DNA from: Candidatus Iainarchaeum sp.
GTDB taxonomy: Archaea > Iainarchaeota > Iainarchaeia > Iainarchaeales > Iainarchaeaceae
NCBI GenBank assembly: GCA_016202305.1
Contig: JACQPB010000041.1
Span: forward strand, 398 to 64,397
Reading direction: 5' to 3'
DNA length: 64,000 nt
The position numbers and the translations under genes are program-made. Positions 6,905-15,392 of the stretch are shown one piece after another. The notes under the pieces were generated by a model. That model ran no database searches and was not told the origin of the DNA. It was given only the letters and a program-made list of their open reading frames with translations. How positions within the stretch are numbered: position 1 is the stretch's first letter; the number at the start of each line of letters is the position of its first letter.

Positions 6905-9900
6905 ATGCGGCCGCTTGAAGGTGTTACGATGATAAGGAAACCGATTATTACAGTGCTCGGACATGTTGATGCTGGAAAATGTGTCAGTGGAAACACAAGA
7001 ATATTCCTAAATGATGGAACAACTTCCACAATAAAGGAACTTTTTGAGCAGCATGAGGAAAAATCAAAAAAACTTGCAGATAAAGATGGAGTTGGCCTAG
7101 AGGTTAGCGAAAAATTATTGGTTTTGGGAGAGGAAAACGGAAAAATAGAGAAAAAACCAATATCCCACATTTGGAAACTAAGGAAAAAAGAATTGATGTA
7201 TATAGAGTTCGAAACCGGTCAAACGATTGAAGTTACGCCTGAACACCTTTTCCCGATGCTAAATGAAGACGTGGATTTCAGCTACAAGCCAGCGAGCTTA
7301 ATTAATGAGAAGGACTTTGTGGCAGTACCGCACAGGTTATCTGCACAAGAACATTCTTTGGATGGAGTAAAGTCAATTATAATCAATAAACTTGCCGAAA
7401 ACAAAGGCATACTGGCGTTCTGTTTGAATGAATTTGTTGAAGAAATAACGCCGGCAATGATGAACCATGAAAAAAACCTAATGACCATTACTATTAGGGC
7501 GTGCATCCAGAAAAACAGGTTCAGGCTTGCTGACTTGGTAAGGGTCTGCATTGCAGAGCAAATAAGCCTCGCAAAATTATATGACTCGATTGAGTTTTTC
7601 AAATACTCCACGACCAAAAAGAGGGCATCTCACAAGTCGATAAAAATCAAAATGCCTAAAACCTATGAAGGCATCAGGGAGTTTTGTTACATTGCTGGCC
7701 TGATTGCAGGTGATGGGAGCAGCCAACATCTCCAATTGACAAACAATGATTTTGAACTTCTGAGCTATTACACTGAATTCTTCGTCAAGGAAATTGGAGT
7801 GAAAGCAAAAGTGACAAAGGACAAGTCATGTTTTGTCGCCGTCAATTATGGCTGGAAAACTTTCAAGGAAATATGCGGCACACTCTTTGAGTTCGCCCCA
7901 AAATCAAAAACATATTCAGTCGGGATTTCCGAGACACTGAAGAGGCTCCCTAACGAATTCATTGGAGAATACATTAGCGGATATTTCGACACGGACGGAT
8001 ATGTCACAAGAAATGTAGAAATCTCGACAAACAGCGCCAAAATGCCGTCAGATTTAATGGAAATTCTCCCAAGATTCGGCATACTGCCTTACATGAAAAA
8101 AAATAAAACGGCAGTGAGAATTACAATAAGCGGGAAAAAGAACATTGAATTGTTTAAGGAAAGCATTGGTTTTAGATTGCAAAGAAAAAAAGTTTTGATG
8201 AATAATTACCTGTCCAAATGCAAATCCAGCAGAATCAGCGATGTTTCGCCAATAACCGGAGAAAAGATAAAAAATATAAGGGTTGAATACGGCCTAAGTG
8301 GAATGGAAACTGAAGTGCCATATCAAAAAAAGTATGAAGCGTATGATTTTGTGTCAAATCGGTTTGCGGGGAATTTTTTGAGGGCAATTTTGGAAAAAAC
8401 GGAAACTGCAAAATACAAAGATAATTTGAAAGATAAAATCCGCGTTCTCAAATTGTTGAAAGAAAACACCTTAACATACAATGAGTCTTATAAAAAACTT
8501 GCCGTAGAGCACAGAAAATTGGCAAACCACTTTGCATTCCTTGAAAGCGAAGGACTGATTAAAAAAACAGGCGACAATCATTCAATAACCGAAAAAGGAG
8601 TCAAAACACTCGTTAAGTGGATTAGTGGTGCAAACATGGAAAAAATAAAATCACTCTATGAGTTGCTGTCATCCGACCTTGCATTCATAAAGGTAAAAAA
8701 AATTGCCAAAATAGAAAATAGCGAAGAGTTTGTTTATGACCTGACACAGCCCAAAAGCCATAATTTCGTTGCAAACGGTGTTTTAGTGCACAACACAAAG
8801 CTACTCGACTCCGTGAGAGGAACATCCGTGGCGGACAAGGAAGCCGGCGGAATCACGCAGCACATAGGTGCAACGGAGGTGCCAATTTCAGTGATAACAG
8901 GGCTTTCCGGCCCCATAATCGCGAAATACAAATTCACGATTTCTATACCAGGCCTGCTCTTCATCGACACGCCGGGCCACGAAGCTTTCACGAACCTCAG
9001 GAAGCGCGGCGGAAGCATTGCGGACCTCGCGGTCCTCGTGGTGGACGTGCACAAAGGCCTTGAGGAGCAGGCACTCGAAGCAATAGAGATACTGAAAAGC
9101 TACAAGTGCCCGTTCATTGTAGCAGCCAACAAGGTAGACACCATAAAAGGGTGGATAGTCGAGCCTGGCTCCATTTCAGACGCCCTGCAGAAGCAGAACG
9201 CCGACGTCCTTGAGGCGCTTGACACGAAGATTTACACGCTTGTGGGCCAGCTGCACGGAAATGGCTTCGCATCAGAAAGGTTCGACAGGGTGAAGGACTT
9301 CACCAAAGAAGTCGCGATAGTGCCGGTTTCAGCGAAAATGAAAATCGGGATACAGGAACTGCTCGTGTTCCTCGCGGCGCTTTCCCAGAAATACCTCGAC
9401 AAGAAGCTCGTGGTGCACGAGAACGGGAAATGCAGGGGTACAGTACTGGAGGTGCGCGAAGAGCGCGGCCTCGGCAAGACAATAGACCTGATAATCTATG
9501 ATGGCATGCTGAAAGTCGGCGAGGAAATATCGGTGGGCGGAAAGAACGGCGCGATAAGGGCAAAGGTCAGGGCACTGCTCGAGCCGAGGCCGGCAGGGGA
9601 GCAGGGCAGCGACAAGTTCAGGAACGTGCACGAGGTGCATGCGGCCGCAGGCGTGAAAGTTGCAGCCCCGGGGCTGGACGACGCGCTGAGCGGCTCGCCC
9701 GTGAGGAATTACTCGCCAGAAGCGGAGAAGGAAATAAACGAGGAAATACACAGGATAAGGATTGACTCCGATGCCATCGGCCCGATAGTGAGGAGCAACA
9801 CCCTCGGAAGCCTAGAGGCGATAGTCAAACTGCTCCAGGACCGCGGCATAAAGGTCAAGAAAGCGGATGTAGGCGAAATAGCGCGCAAGGATATCCTCGA

Positions 9901-10486
9901 AATAGGCCCAGTGGCGGAAAAGGACAGGTTCAAGGGAGTGATATTCGCCTTCCACACGAAAGTCAGCGAAGGCGCCGCAATCGAGGCGGAAAAGCACGGC
10001 ACGAAAATTTTCCAGAATGACGTAGTCTACAGGATACTCGAGGAATACGAGGCATGGATGAAGGCAGAGAAGGAAGGCGAGAAGAAGGAGAAGCTCGCGG
10101 CCATCGTGATGCCCGCAAAGTTCGAGGTCATGCCGGGATTCGTATTCAGGCACAGCGGCCCCGCCATTGTCGGCGTGAAAGTCGTGGAGGGCAAGCTCAG
10201 GAAAGGCATACAGGTCATGAATGAGGACGGTGAGGTCATAGGGAAGGTACTGGGAATACAGAGCGACAACAAGAGCGTGGACGAGGCCACGAAGGGCATG
10301 GAAGTAGCGGTTTCGATAGACGGCGGGGTAGTAGGCAGGAACCTCGAGGAGCGCGATGAGATGTACAGCTTCATCCCGCTCAAGGGATTCATGGAGCTTA
10401 AGGCGGTCGAGGACTCCTTCACAAGGGAAGAACTCGACCTCATTGAGGAAATAAGGAAGGTCGAGGCCGAGAAGGCCGAGGCGTGA
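6905..10486 (+). CDS. infB: translation initiation factor aIF5B (IF2-like GTPase), intein-containing
   Basis: The P-loop GHVDAGK is interrupted and then resumes as TKLLDSVRGT..GGITQHIGATEV..DTPGHEAF..NKVD. The exteins sum to ~588 aa, which is normal for aIF5B. Confidence 0.95.
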   Translation: MRPLEGVTMIRKPIITVLGHVDAGKCVSGNTRIFLNDGTTSTIKELFEQHEEKSKKLADKDGVGLEVSEKLLVLGEENGKIEKKPISHIWKLRKKELMYIEFETGQTIEVTPEHLFPMLNEDVDFSYKPASLINEKDFVAVPHRLSAQEHSLDGVKSIIINKLAENKGILAFCLNEFVEEITPAMMNHEKNLMTITIRACIQKNRFRLADLVRVCIAEQISLAKLYDSIEFFKYSTTKKRASHKSIKIKMPKTYEGIREFCYIAGLIAGDGSSQHLQLTNNDFELLSYYTEFFVKEIGVKAKVTKDKSCFVAVNYGWKTFKEICGTLFEFAPKSKTYSVGISETLKRLPNEFIGEYISGYFDTDGYVTRNVEISTNSAKMPSDLMEILPRFGILPYMKKNKTAVRITISGKKNIELFKESIGFRLQRKKVLMNNYLSKCKSSRISDVSPITGEKIKNIRVEYGLSGMETEVPYQKKYEAYDFVSNRFAGNFLRAILEKTETAKYKDNLKDKIRVLKLLKENTLTYNESYKKLAVEHRKLANHFAFLESEGLIKKTGDNHSITEKGVKTLVKWISGANMEKIKSLYELLSSDLAFIKVKKIAKIENSEEFVYDLTQPKSHNFVANGVLVHNTKLLDSVRGTSVADKEAGGITQHIGATEVPISVITGLSGPIIAKYKFTISIPGLLFIDTPGHEAFTNLRKRGGSIADLAVLVVDVHKGLEEQALEAIEILKSYKCPFIVAANKVDTIKGWIVEPGSISDALQKQNADVLEALDTKIYTLVGQLHGNGFASERFDRVKDFTKEVAIVPVSAKMKIGIQELLVFLAALSQKYLDKKLVVHENGKCRGTVLEVREERGLGKTIDLIIYDGMLKVGEEISVGGKNGAIRAKVRALLEPRPAGEQGSDKFRNVHEVHAAAGVKVAAPGLDDALSGSPVRNYSPEAEKEINEEIHRIRIDSDAIGPIVRSNTLGSLEAIVKLLQDRGIKVKKADVGEIARKDILEIGPVAEKDRFKGVIFAFHTKVSEGAAIEAEKHGTKIFQNDVVYRILEEYEAWMKAEKEGEKKEKLAAIVMPAKFEVMPGFVFRHSGPAIVGVKVVEGKLRKGIQVMNEDGEVIGKVLGIQSDNKSVDEATKGMEVAVSIDGGVVGRNLEERDEMYSFIPLKGFMELKAVEDSFTREELDLIEEIRKVEAEKAEA
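6980..8794 (+). mobile_element. intein (605 aa) with LAGLIDADG homing-endonuclease domain, in the aIF5B P-loop
   Basis: It starts with Cys (CVSGNTRIFLNDG) directly after GHVDAGK and ends ..GVLVHN followed by Thr. Two LAGLIDADG-type motifs are present (IAGLIAGDGSS and ISGYFDTDGYV). The segment is clearly more A/T-rich than the exteins. Confidence 0.9.
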
Positions 10487-10508
10487 ATTGCACTTGGGAG
10501 GTATCAGC

Positions 10509-10976
10509 ATGAACATAGTGGTGTCAGACCCGAAGACGAGAAAGGCTTACTCGAAGAAAATCGACAACCCCGCGGTTTTCATAGGAAAGAGGATGGGGGA
10601 GGAAGCCGAACTCGGCATCATAGGACTCGAAGGGTATACGGCCATGATAACAGGAGGCTCGGACAAGCAAGGATTCCCCATGAAGGCGGACCTCGCTGGC
10701 GGAAACAGGCGCGAAGTGTACGTTGTCACAGACGCAAAGAAAGGCCACCGCGAGAAGATAAGCAGGCGCGGCCACACTGTAACAGATGAAATCGCGCAGC
10801 TCAACCTCAAGGTCGTGAAGGAAGGCCACAAGAAGCTCGACGAGCTCCTCGGCAGCCAGAACGCGGAGAAGAAGGAGCAAAAAGTATCAATCAAGGAGCA
10901 AATGGTGAAGGAGTCGCTTGATAACGTCGGAAAGATTTCCGCGGAAGAGGCAAAACTCATAAAGAAGTCGAAGTGA
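10509..10976 (+). CDS. rps6e: ribosomal protein S6e
   Basis: MNIVVSDPKTRKAYSKKID..GYTAMITGGSDKQGFPMKADL matches S6e. A GGAGGT SD lies upstream. Confidence 0.9.
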   Translation: MNIVVSDPKTRKAYSKKIDNPAVFIGKRMGEEAELGIIGLEGYTAMITGGSDKQGFPMKADLAGGNRREVYVVTDAKKGHREKISRRGHTVTDEIAQLNLKVVKEGHKKLDELLGSQNAEKKEQKVSIKEQMVKESLDNVGKISAEEAKLIKKSK

Positions 10977-11001
10977 TTCGTGGAACAGAAAAGCGGTTTA
11001 T

Positions 11002-12327
11002 ATGAAGGCTGTGAAGGAAACCGGAAAGGTGCGGCAGGCGCACGGCAGGGAAGCCAGGCACAGCCACGGCAATGGCGAAGAAGGCACGGATTCCGGAGAA
11101 GGCCGCGCAAAACCCGCACCGGAAAAGAAAGGGCCGGGAGCACAGGCAGTTGTGAACATCGGTTTTGTGGGGCACGTAGATAACGGCAAAACCTCTATTT
11201 GCAAAGCCCTCACAGGCAAATGGGTGGACACTCATAGTGAGGAAGTCAAGCAGGGAATATCAATAAGGCTTGGGTATGCCGACGCCACGTTCTACAGGTG
11301 CAGCCTCGCGAAAGGCCCGGAAGGGTACAATGCCACTGGAAAGTGCCCTGATGGCACCGGGAAAGCGATACCGCTGAGGCATGTTTCCTTCGTGGACGCC
11401 CCCGGCCACGAAACACTCATGGCTACCATGCTTTCCGGCGCGGCACTTATGGATGGCGCGGTGCTAGTGATTTCCGCAACAGAGAAATGCCCGCAGCCAA
11501 GGACAGCGGAGCACCTCATGGCACTCGGAATTGTCGGCATCAGGAACATAGTGGTCGCGCAGAACAAGATTGACCTGGTGGATGCAAAACGCGCAAACGA
11601 AAGCCACGCGGAGATAAAAGCGTTCCTCAAGGAATACGGATACGAAAATGCGCCCATAATACCGACTGCCGCAAACCTTGGAGTGAATATAGACCTCCTC
11701 ATAGAGGCCATAGAGGAGAGCATACCGACACCCAAGAAGGATGACTCCAAGGAACTCAAGATGCACGTGGTGAGGAGCTTTGACGTCAACAAGCCAGGCA
11801 CGAAACCCGAGGACATCAAGGGAGGAGTGCTCGGCGGAAGCATAATACAGGGAAGGATAAAAGTCGGGGACAGGATACAGATAAGCCCCGGAATTGACGG
11901 AAAGCCGCTCGAAACCGAGGTAGTGAGCCTCGGCGTGGAGGGAGGAAGGCTTGAAGCAGCCAGCGCCGGCGGCCTCATTGCAGTGGGCACGAAACTAGAC
12001 CCGTTCTTCACGAAGAATGATGAAATGCGCGGCCAGATTGTAGCAAAGCCCGGCACGCTGCCCAGCCCCGTCACATCGGCAAAACTCGAAGTGACCCAGA
12101 TAGACAGGCTCGTGGACAAGAAGTCCGGAGAGCTCAAGGCCAACGATTTCGTGGTGCTCGCCATAGGCGCGGCAACCGTTATAGGGCAGGTCGTGAGGCC
12201 ATCCGGGAAAAACGAATTCGAGTTCAAGCTCAGGAGCCCCGCGATAATCGAGAGCGGCCAGAAAGTCGCGATAAGCAAGCGCGAGCAGAGCGGATGGAGG
12301 CTGCGCGCCTACGGGATTTGCAAGTGA
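11002..12327 (+). CDS. eif2g: translation initiation factor aIF2 gamma subunit
   Basis: NIGFVGHVDNGKTS, DAPGHE and QNKIDLV are GTPase motifs with domain II/III beyond them. An unusual ~45-aa basic N-terminal extension is present if ATG 11002 is used. Confidence 0.9.
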   Translation: MKAVKETGKVRQAHGREARHSHGNGEEGTDSGEGRAKPAPEKKGPGAQAVVNIGFVGHVDNGKTSICKALTGKWVDTHSEEVKQGISIRLGYADATFYRCSLAKGPEGYNATGKCPDGTGKAIPLRHVSFVDAPGHETLMATMLSGAALMDGAVLVISATEKCPQPRTAEHLMALGIVGIRNIVVAQNKIDLVDAKRANESHAEIKAFLKEYGYENAPIIPTAANLGVNIDLLIEAIEESIPTPKKDDSKELKMHVVRSFDVNKPGTKPEDIKGGVLGGSIIQGRIKVGDRIQISPGIDGKPLETEVVSLGVEGGRLEAASAGGLIAVGTKLDPFFTKNDEMRGQIVAKPGTLPSPVTSAKLEVTQIDRLVDKKSGELKANDFVVLAIGAATVIGQVVRPSGKNEFEFKLRSPAIIESGQKVAISKREQSGWRLRAYGICK

Positions 12328-12385
12328 AGCCCCCGCGGCGAAAACATTATTAATTTTTTATAGCTATAGCATATAGGTGATTTCT

Positions 12386-12586
12386 ATGGACACTACCACT
12401 ATACAGGTCAGCAAGTCAACCGTTTCAATGCTGGAAAAGGTGAAGAAAAAATATGGTGTAAAGTCCTACGACAAGGCTATATTGAGGATGGCCGGAAAAG
12501 AGGTAAGGATACCAAAGAGCATGTTCGGAATTGACCCCAGCATGAAGCCGTTCAAGAGGGACAAGGATGACTTCCACGACCTCTAA
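12386..12586 (+). CDS. VapB-type antitoxin (small, putative)
   Basis: MDTTTIQVSKSTVSMLEKVKKKYGVKSYDKAILRM.. resembles small archaeal VapB antitoxins. Its end overlaps the following PIN gene. Confidence 0.6.
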   Translation: MDTTTIQVSKSTVSMLEKVKKKYGVKSYDKAILRMAGKEVRIPKSMFGIDPSMKPFKRDKDDFHDL

Positions 12587-12965
12587 ATATGTCATTGACA
12601 GCCACTCATGGATAGAGTATTTCCGCGGCTCGCAGACAGGTGAGAAGGCAGGAAAATTGCTCGAATCGGGAGGGTGTTATACCCCCACAATAGTGATTGC
12701 GGAACTGTCGGACTGGCATGTGAGGCAACAGAGGGACTTTTCCAAAAGGCTGGATTTTATAACCGCCTCTTCGACAGTGCTGGGGCTATCATCCGCAACA
12801 GCGTCTCAAGCAGGGAAAATAAAGAATGAAGTTAGGCAAAAATACAACAATAACTTCGGGATAGCCGATGCAATCATAGTGGCCATTGCGCTCGAAATTG
12901 GCGCGAAAGTGGCAACAGGGTATTATCACTTCAAGCCGCTGAAAAATGTGGAGTATCTTGGCTGA
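12567..12965 (+). CDS. vapC: PIN-domain ribonuclease (VapC-like toxin)
   Basis: YVIDSHSWIEYF.., ..IAELS.. and ..IADAIIVAIALEIGAKVATG show the PIN acidic-residue pattern. Confidence 0.8.
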   Translation: MTSTTSKYVIDSHSWIEYFRGSQTGEKAGKLLESGGCYTPTIVIAELSDWHVRQQRDFSKRLDFITASSTVLGLSSATASQAGKIKNEVRQKYNNNFGIADAIIVAIALEIGAKVATGYYHFKPLKNVEYLG

Positions 12966-12985
12966 GATTGCGGTGGCTGATTCAA

Positions 12986-13375
12986 ATGGATGGCAAAAGA
13001 ACAACAGTCGCATTCGACACGAACATGCTCCTGAACATCGCCCGGTTCAGGGCCGATGTCTTTGCGCAGGCCAGGGAACTGCTTGGAAACCCGGAATTTA
13101 TAGTTCCGGAGCAGGTCATGGAGGAGCTTGAAAGGCTCGCGAAAAGGGGCCTGAAAATAAAAAAAGAGGCGAGAGTGGCAAAAGAGGCGATGGCCAAAAA
13201 CAGGGTAAAAATCGTCAAAGTTGACGCTGCGGGCGCTGACGAGGCCCTTAAAAAGCTTGCCTTGCAGGCCATTGTGGCGACCAATGACAAAGAATTAAAA
13301 GATTCCGTAAAGGAATCAGTAGTGGGCGGAAAGGTATTGCTCTTGAGGCAGAGGAAGTTCCTCGAGCTTGGTTGA
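12986..13375 (+). CDS. PIN-domain protein, Fcf1/Utp24-like (conserved neighbour of rpoE')
   Basis: VAFDTNMLLNIARF.. and ..IVATNDKELKDSV fit a PIN domain. It occupies the usual position between aIF2gamma and Rpo7 in archaeal gene order (from memory). Confidence 0.7.
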   Translation: MDGKRTTVAFDTNMLLNIARFRADVFAQARELLGNPEFIVPEQVMEELERLAKRGLKIKKEARVAKEAMAKNRVKIVKVDAAGADEALKKLALQAIVATNDKELKDSVKESVVGGKVLLLRQRKFLELG

Positions 13376-13387
13376 GAAGGTGGACAA

Positions 13388-14008
13388 ATGTATATCGGGT
13401 ACACGGTAAGGGATACTGTAAGGGTTCCCCCAGCAGACATAGGTGGCGAGCTGAAGGGCGTACTCCTTGCACAGGCAAGGAAAGCGTACGAAGGCGCCCT
13501 TGACGAGGACACGGGCGTGGTGATTGCGGTGACAGGCGTCGGCAATGTCGGGGACGGAAGGATAGTCCCGGGAGACGGCGCGGCGTATTATGAAGCCGAC
13601 ATCTCGTTCCTGGCATACAAGCCGAAGATTGGAGAAATCGTGGAAGGCGAAATAAGCGACGTCACGGAATTCGGCGCGTTCATAAAGACCGGACCGCTTG
13701 AAGGCCTCATACATGTGAGCCAGATAATGGATGATTACATAAACTATGACGCGAAGCTCCCGGGCTTTTCCGGAAAGGAAACCGCGAAGAAGCTCATAGT
13801 GAAGGACACTGTCCTAGCGAGGATAGTGACAGTCTCGCTCAAGGGCACAATATCCAGCTCGAAAGTTGGGCTTACAATGAGGCAGCCAGGACTCGGAAAG
13901 CCTGAATGGCCGAGGATTGACGACAAGGAAAAGGCAAGGAAGGCGCCAAGAATGGAGAGGAAGCAGGGAGACAAGAAACCCGCCAAGGACAGGGGGGAGA
14001 AACAGTGA
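13388..14008 (+). CDS. rpoE: DNA-directed RNA polymerase subunit E' (Rpo7)
   Basis: MYIGYTVRDTVRVPPADIG.. is followed by an S1-like region, GEIVEGEISDVTEFGAFIKTGPLEGLIHVSQI. Confidence 0.9.
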   Translation: MYIGYTVRDTVRVPPADIGGELKGVLLAQARKAYEGALDEDTGVVIAVTGVGNVGDGRIVPGDGAAYYEADISFLAYKPKIGEIVEGEISDVTEFGAFIKTGPLEGLIHVSQIMDDYINYDAKLPGFSGKETAKKLIVKDTVLARIVTVSLKGTISSSKVGLTMRQPGLGKPEWPRIDDKEKARKAPRMERKQGDKKPAKDRGEKQ

Positions 14009-14202
14009 AGCAGGACAAGGCATGCAGGTCATGCAGGTATGTGCTCGAGGAAGGCGGCGAAATATGCCCCGTATGCGGTTCGAACGCATTCACGACCTTC
14101 TGGCGCGGGTATGTGGTGGCGCTCAAGCCGGAGCAGTCGCAGATAGCGCAGAAAATGGGCATTACGCGCGCGGGAAAATACGCACTGAGGCTGAGTAGGT
14201 GA
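14005..14202 (+). CDS. spt4: transcription elongation factor Spt4 (RpoE'')
   Basis: It has a zinc ribbon (CRSC..CPVC) followed by FTTFWRGYVVALKPEQSQIAQKMGI. The GTG start overlaps the rpoE stop. Confidence 0.85.
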   Translation: MKQDKACRSCRYVLEEGGEICPVCGSNAFTTFWRGYVVALKPEQSQIAQKMGITRAGKYALRLSR

Positions 14203-14268
14203 ATGAGCGCTCCGCAATATTTATATTATACATCAATATTTTTCATGCACGGATGAAAAGGTGGGAAT

Positions 14269-14598
14269 GTGAAAGTTGAGATAAAATCAAAGGAAGAGAA
14301 CCCGCTGCTTGCGAGGCAGGAAGTGGAGTTCACGGTAAAGGAAACCACGGTTACGCCCTCAAGGAAGGAACTGCGGCAACAAATCGCGGCCATCATGGGA
14401 GCGGATGAAAAGAAACTCGTGGTGGACGTTTTCCGCACGAGCTTCGGCACGACAGACATCAGCGGAACTGCAAGGATATACAAGGAAGAGAAGGACATGA
14501 AGCGCATTGAGCTCGAACCCGTTCTTGGAAGGAATTTCGGAAGGCCGGAAAAGGCAAAGAAACAGGAAGCCGAAGCCGCCCCCGAGCAGAAGAAATGA
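14269..14598 (+). CDS. rps24e: ribosomal protein S24e
   Basis: KVEIKSKEENPLLARQEVEFTVKETTVTPSRKELRQQIAAIMGAD matches S24e. Confidence 0.9.
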   Translation: MKVEIKSKEENPLLARQEVEFTVKETTVTPSRKELRQQIAAIMGADEKKLVVDVFRTSFGTTDISGTARIYKEEKDMKRIELEPVLGRNFGRPEKAKKQEAEAAPEQKK

Positions 14599-14631
14599 TT
14601 ATTACCCTGAACTGAAGGAGAAGTGGATTGC

Positions 14632-14832
14632 ATGGCTGAAAAAACCGGCGCAAAACCTGGCGCAGCAAAAAAAGAAAAAGCCCTGAAGAGCAGGAAGGGC
14701 ACATACTACAAGGCGGAAGGCCAGAAAATCATAAGGAAAAAATCATGCCCAAAGTGCGGGCCAGGCGTGTTCATGGCCCAGCATGAGAAGCGGACGCATT
14801 GCGGCAGGTGCGGATACACGGAATTCAAGTGA
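14632..14832 (+). CDS. rps27ae: ribosomal protein S27ae
   Basis: YYKAEGQKIIRKKSCPKCGPGVFMAQHEKRTHCGRCGYTE contains the C4 zinc ribbon. Confidence 0.9.
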   Translation: MAEKTGAKPGAAKKEKALKSRKGTYYKAEGQKIIRKKSCPKCGPGVFMAQHEKRTHCGRCGYTEFK

Positions 14833-14910
14833 GGGGACGCTATTCCCGCCGAACTACTTTACATTAATGCCGCCATCGATGCACTGCTTGTTGCCCTTCC
14901 GCTGGCCTAT

Positions 14911-15387
14911 GTGAAGCTCGCGGAGAGGAAAAAGATTTCAGCGCAGGAATTCGGCCTGCGCAGCATGGGGGCACTTGAGGGAATTGCGCTCACCGGCAAA
15001 ATTCTCGCCGTACTGATTGCCACGGCAGTAATACTTTCCATCGCACTTTCCGCCCTTGCAGTGAACGACACGGAAAAAGTCGGTTTCGCAATACAGAAAG
15101 TGCTGCTCGCGGCCCCGCTCCTGCTGGTGTACCTTTCCATAGCAAGGGTATTTGCAGAGGAATTCTTTTTCCGCGCGTTCCTCGTGCCAAGGATAGGGGC
15201 CCTCGGCTCCAGCCTCGTGTTCGGGATTTCGCATTTTGCCTATGGCTCGGCAGCGGAAGTGCTCGGGGCAAGCGTGCTCGGATACGTGCTAGCGGTTTTT
15301 TACAGGGACAACAGGGCGCTGGTGCCTAATTTCATCGCACACGTGCTGTACAATTTTTTCGTGCTTGCACTCATTTTCTATGCGTGA
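14911..15387 (+). CDS. CPBP-family intramembrane metalloprotease (CAAX protease-like)
   Basis: EEFFFRAFLVPR, ISHFAYGS and HVLYNF are the three CPBP motifs. The start is uncertain (see finding). Confidence 0.75.
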   Translation: MKLAERKKISAQEFGLRSMGALEGIALTGKILAVLIATAVILSIALSALAVNDTEKVGFAIQKVLLAAPLLLVYLSIARVFAEEFFFRAFLVPRIGALGSSLVFGISHFAYGSAAEVLGASVLGYVLAVFYRDNRALVPNFIAHVLYNFFVLALIFYA

Positions 15388-15392
15388 TTCGG

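Noticed and set aside
14830-14832. In-frame TGA between S27ae and the CPBP ORF, considered as possible stop-codon readthrough or recoding.
   Set aside because: TGA clearly terminates many well-conserved genes here (L7Ae, ndk, dut, infB, S6e, aIF2gamma and others). A ribosomal protein-protease fusion is also implausible.
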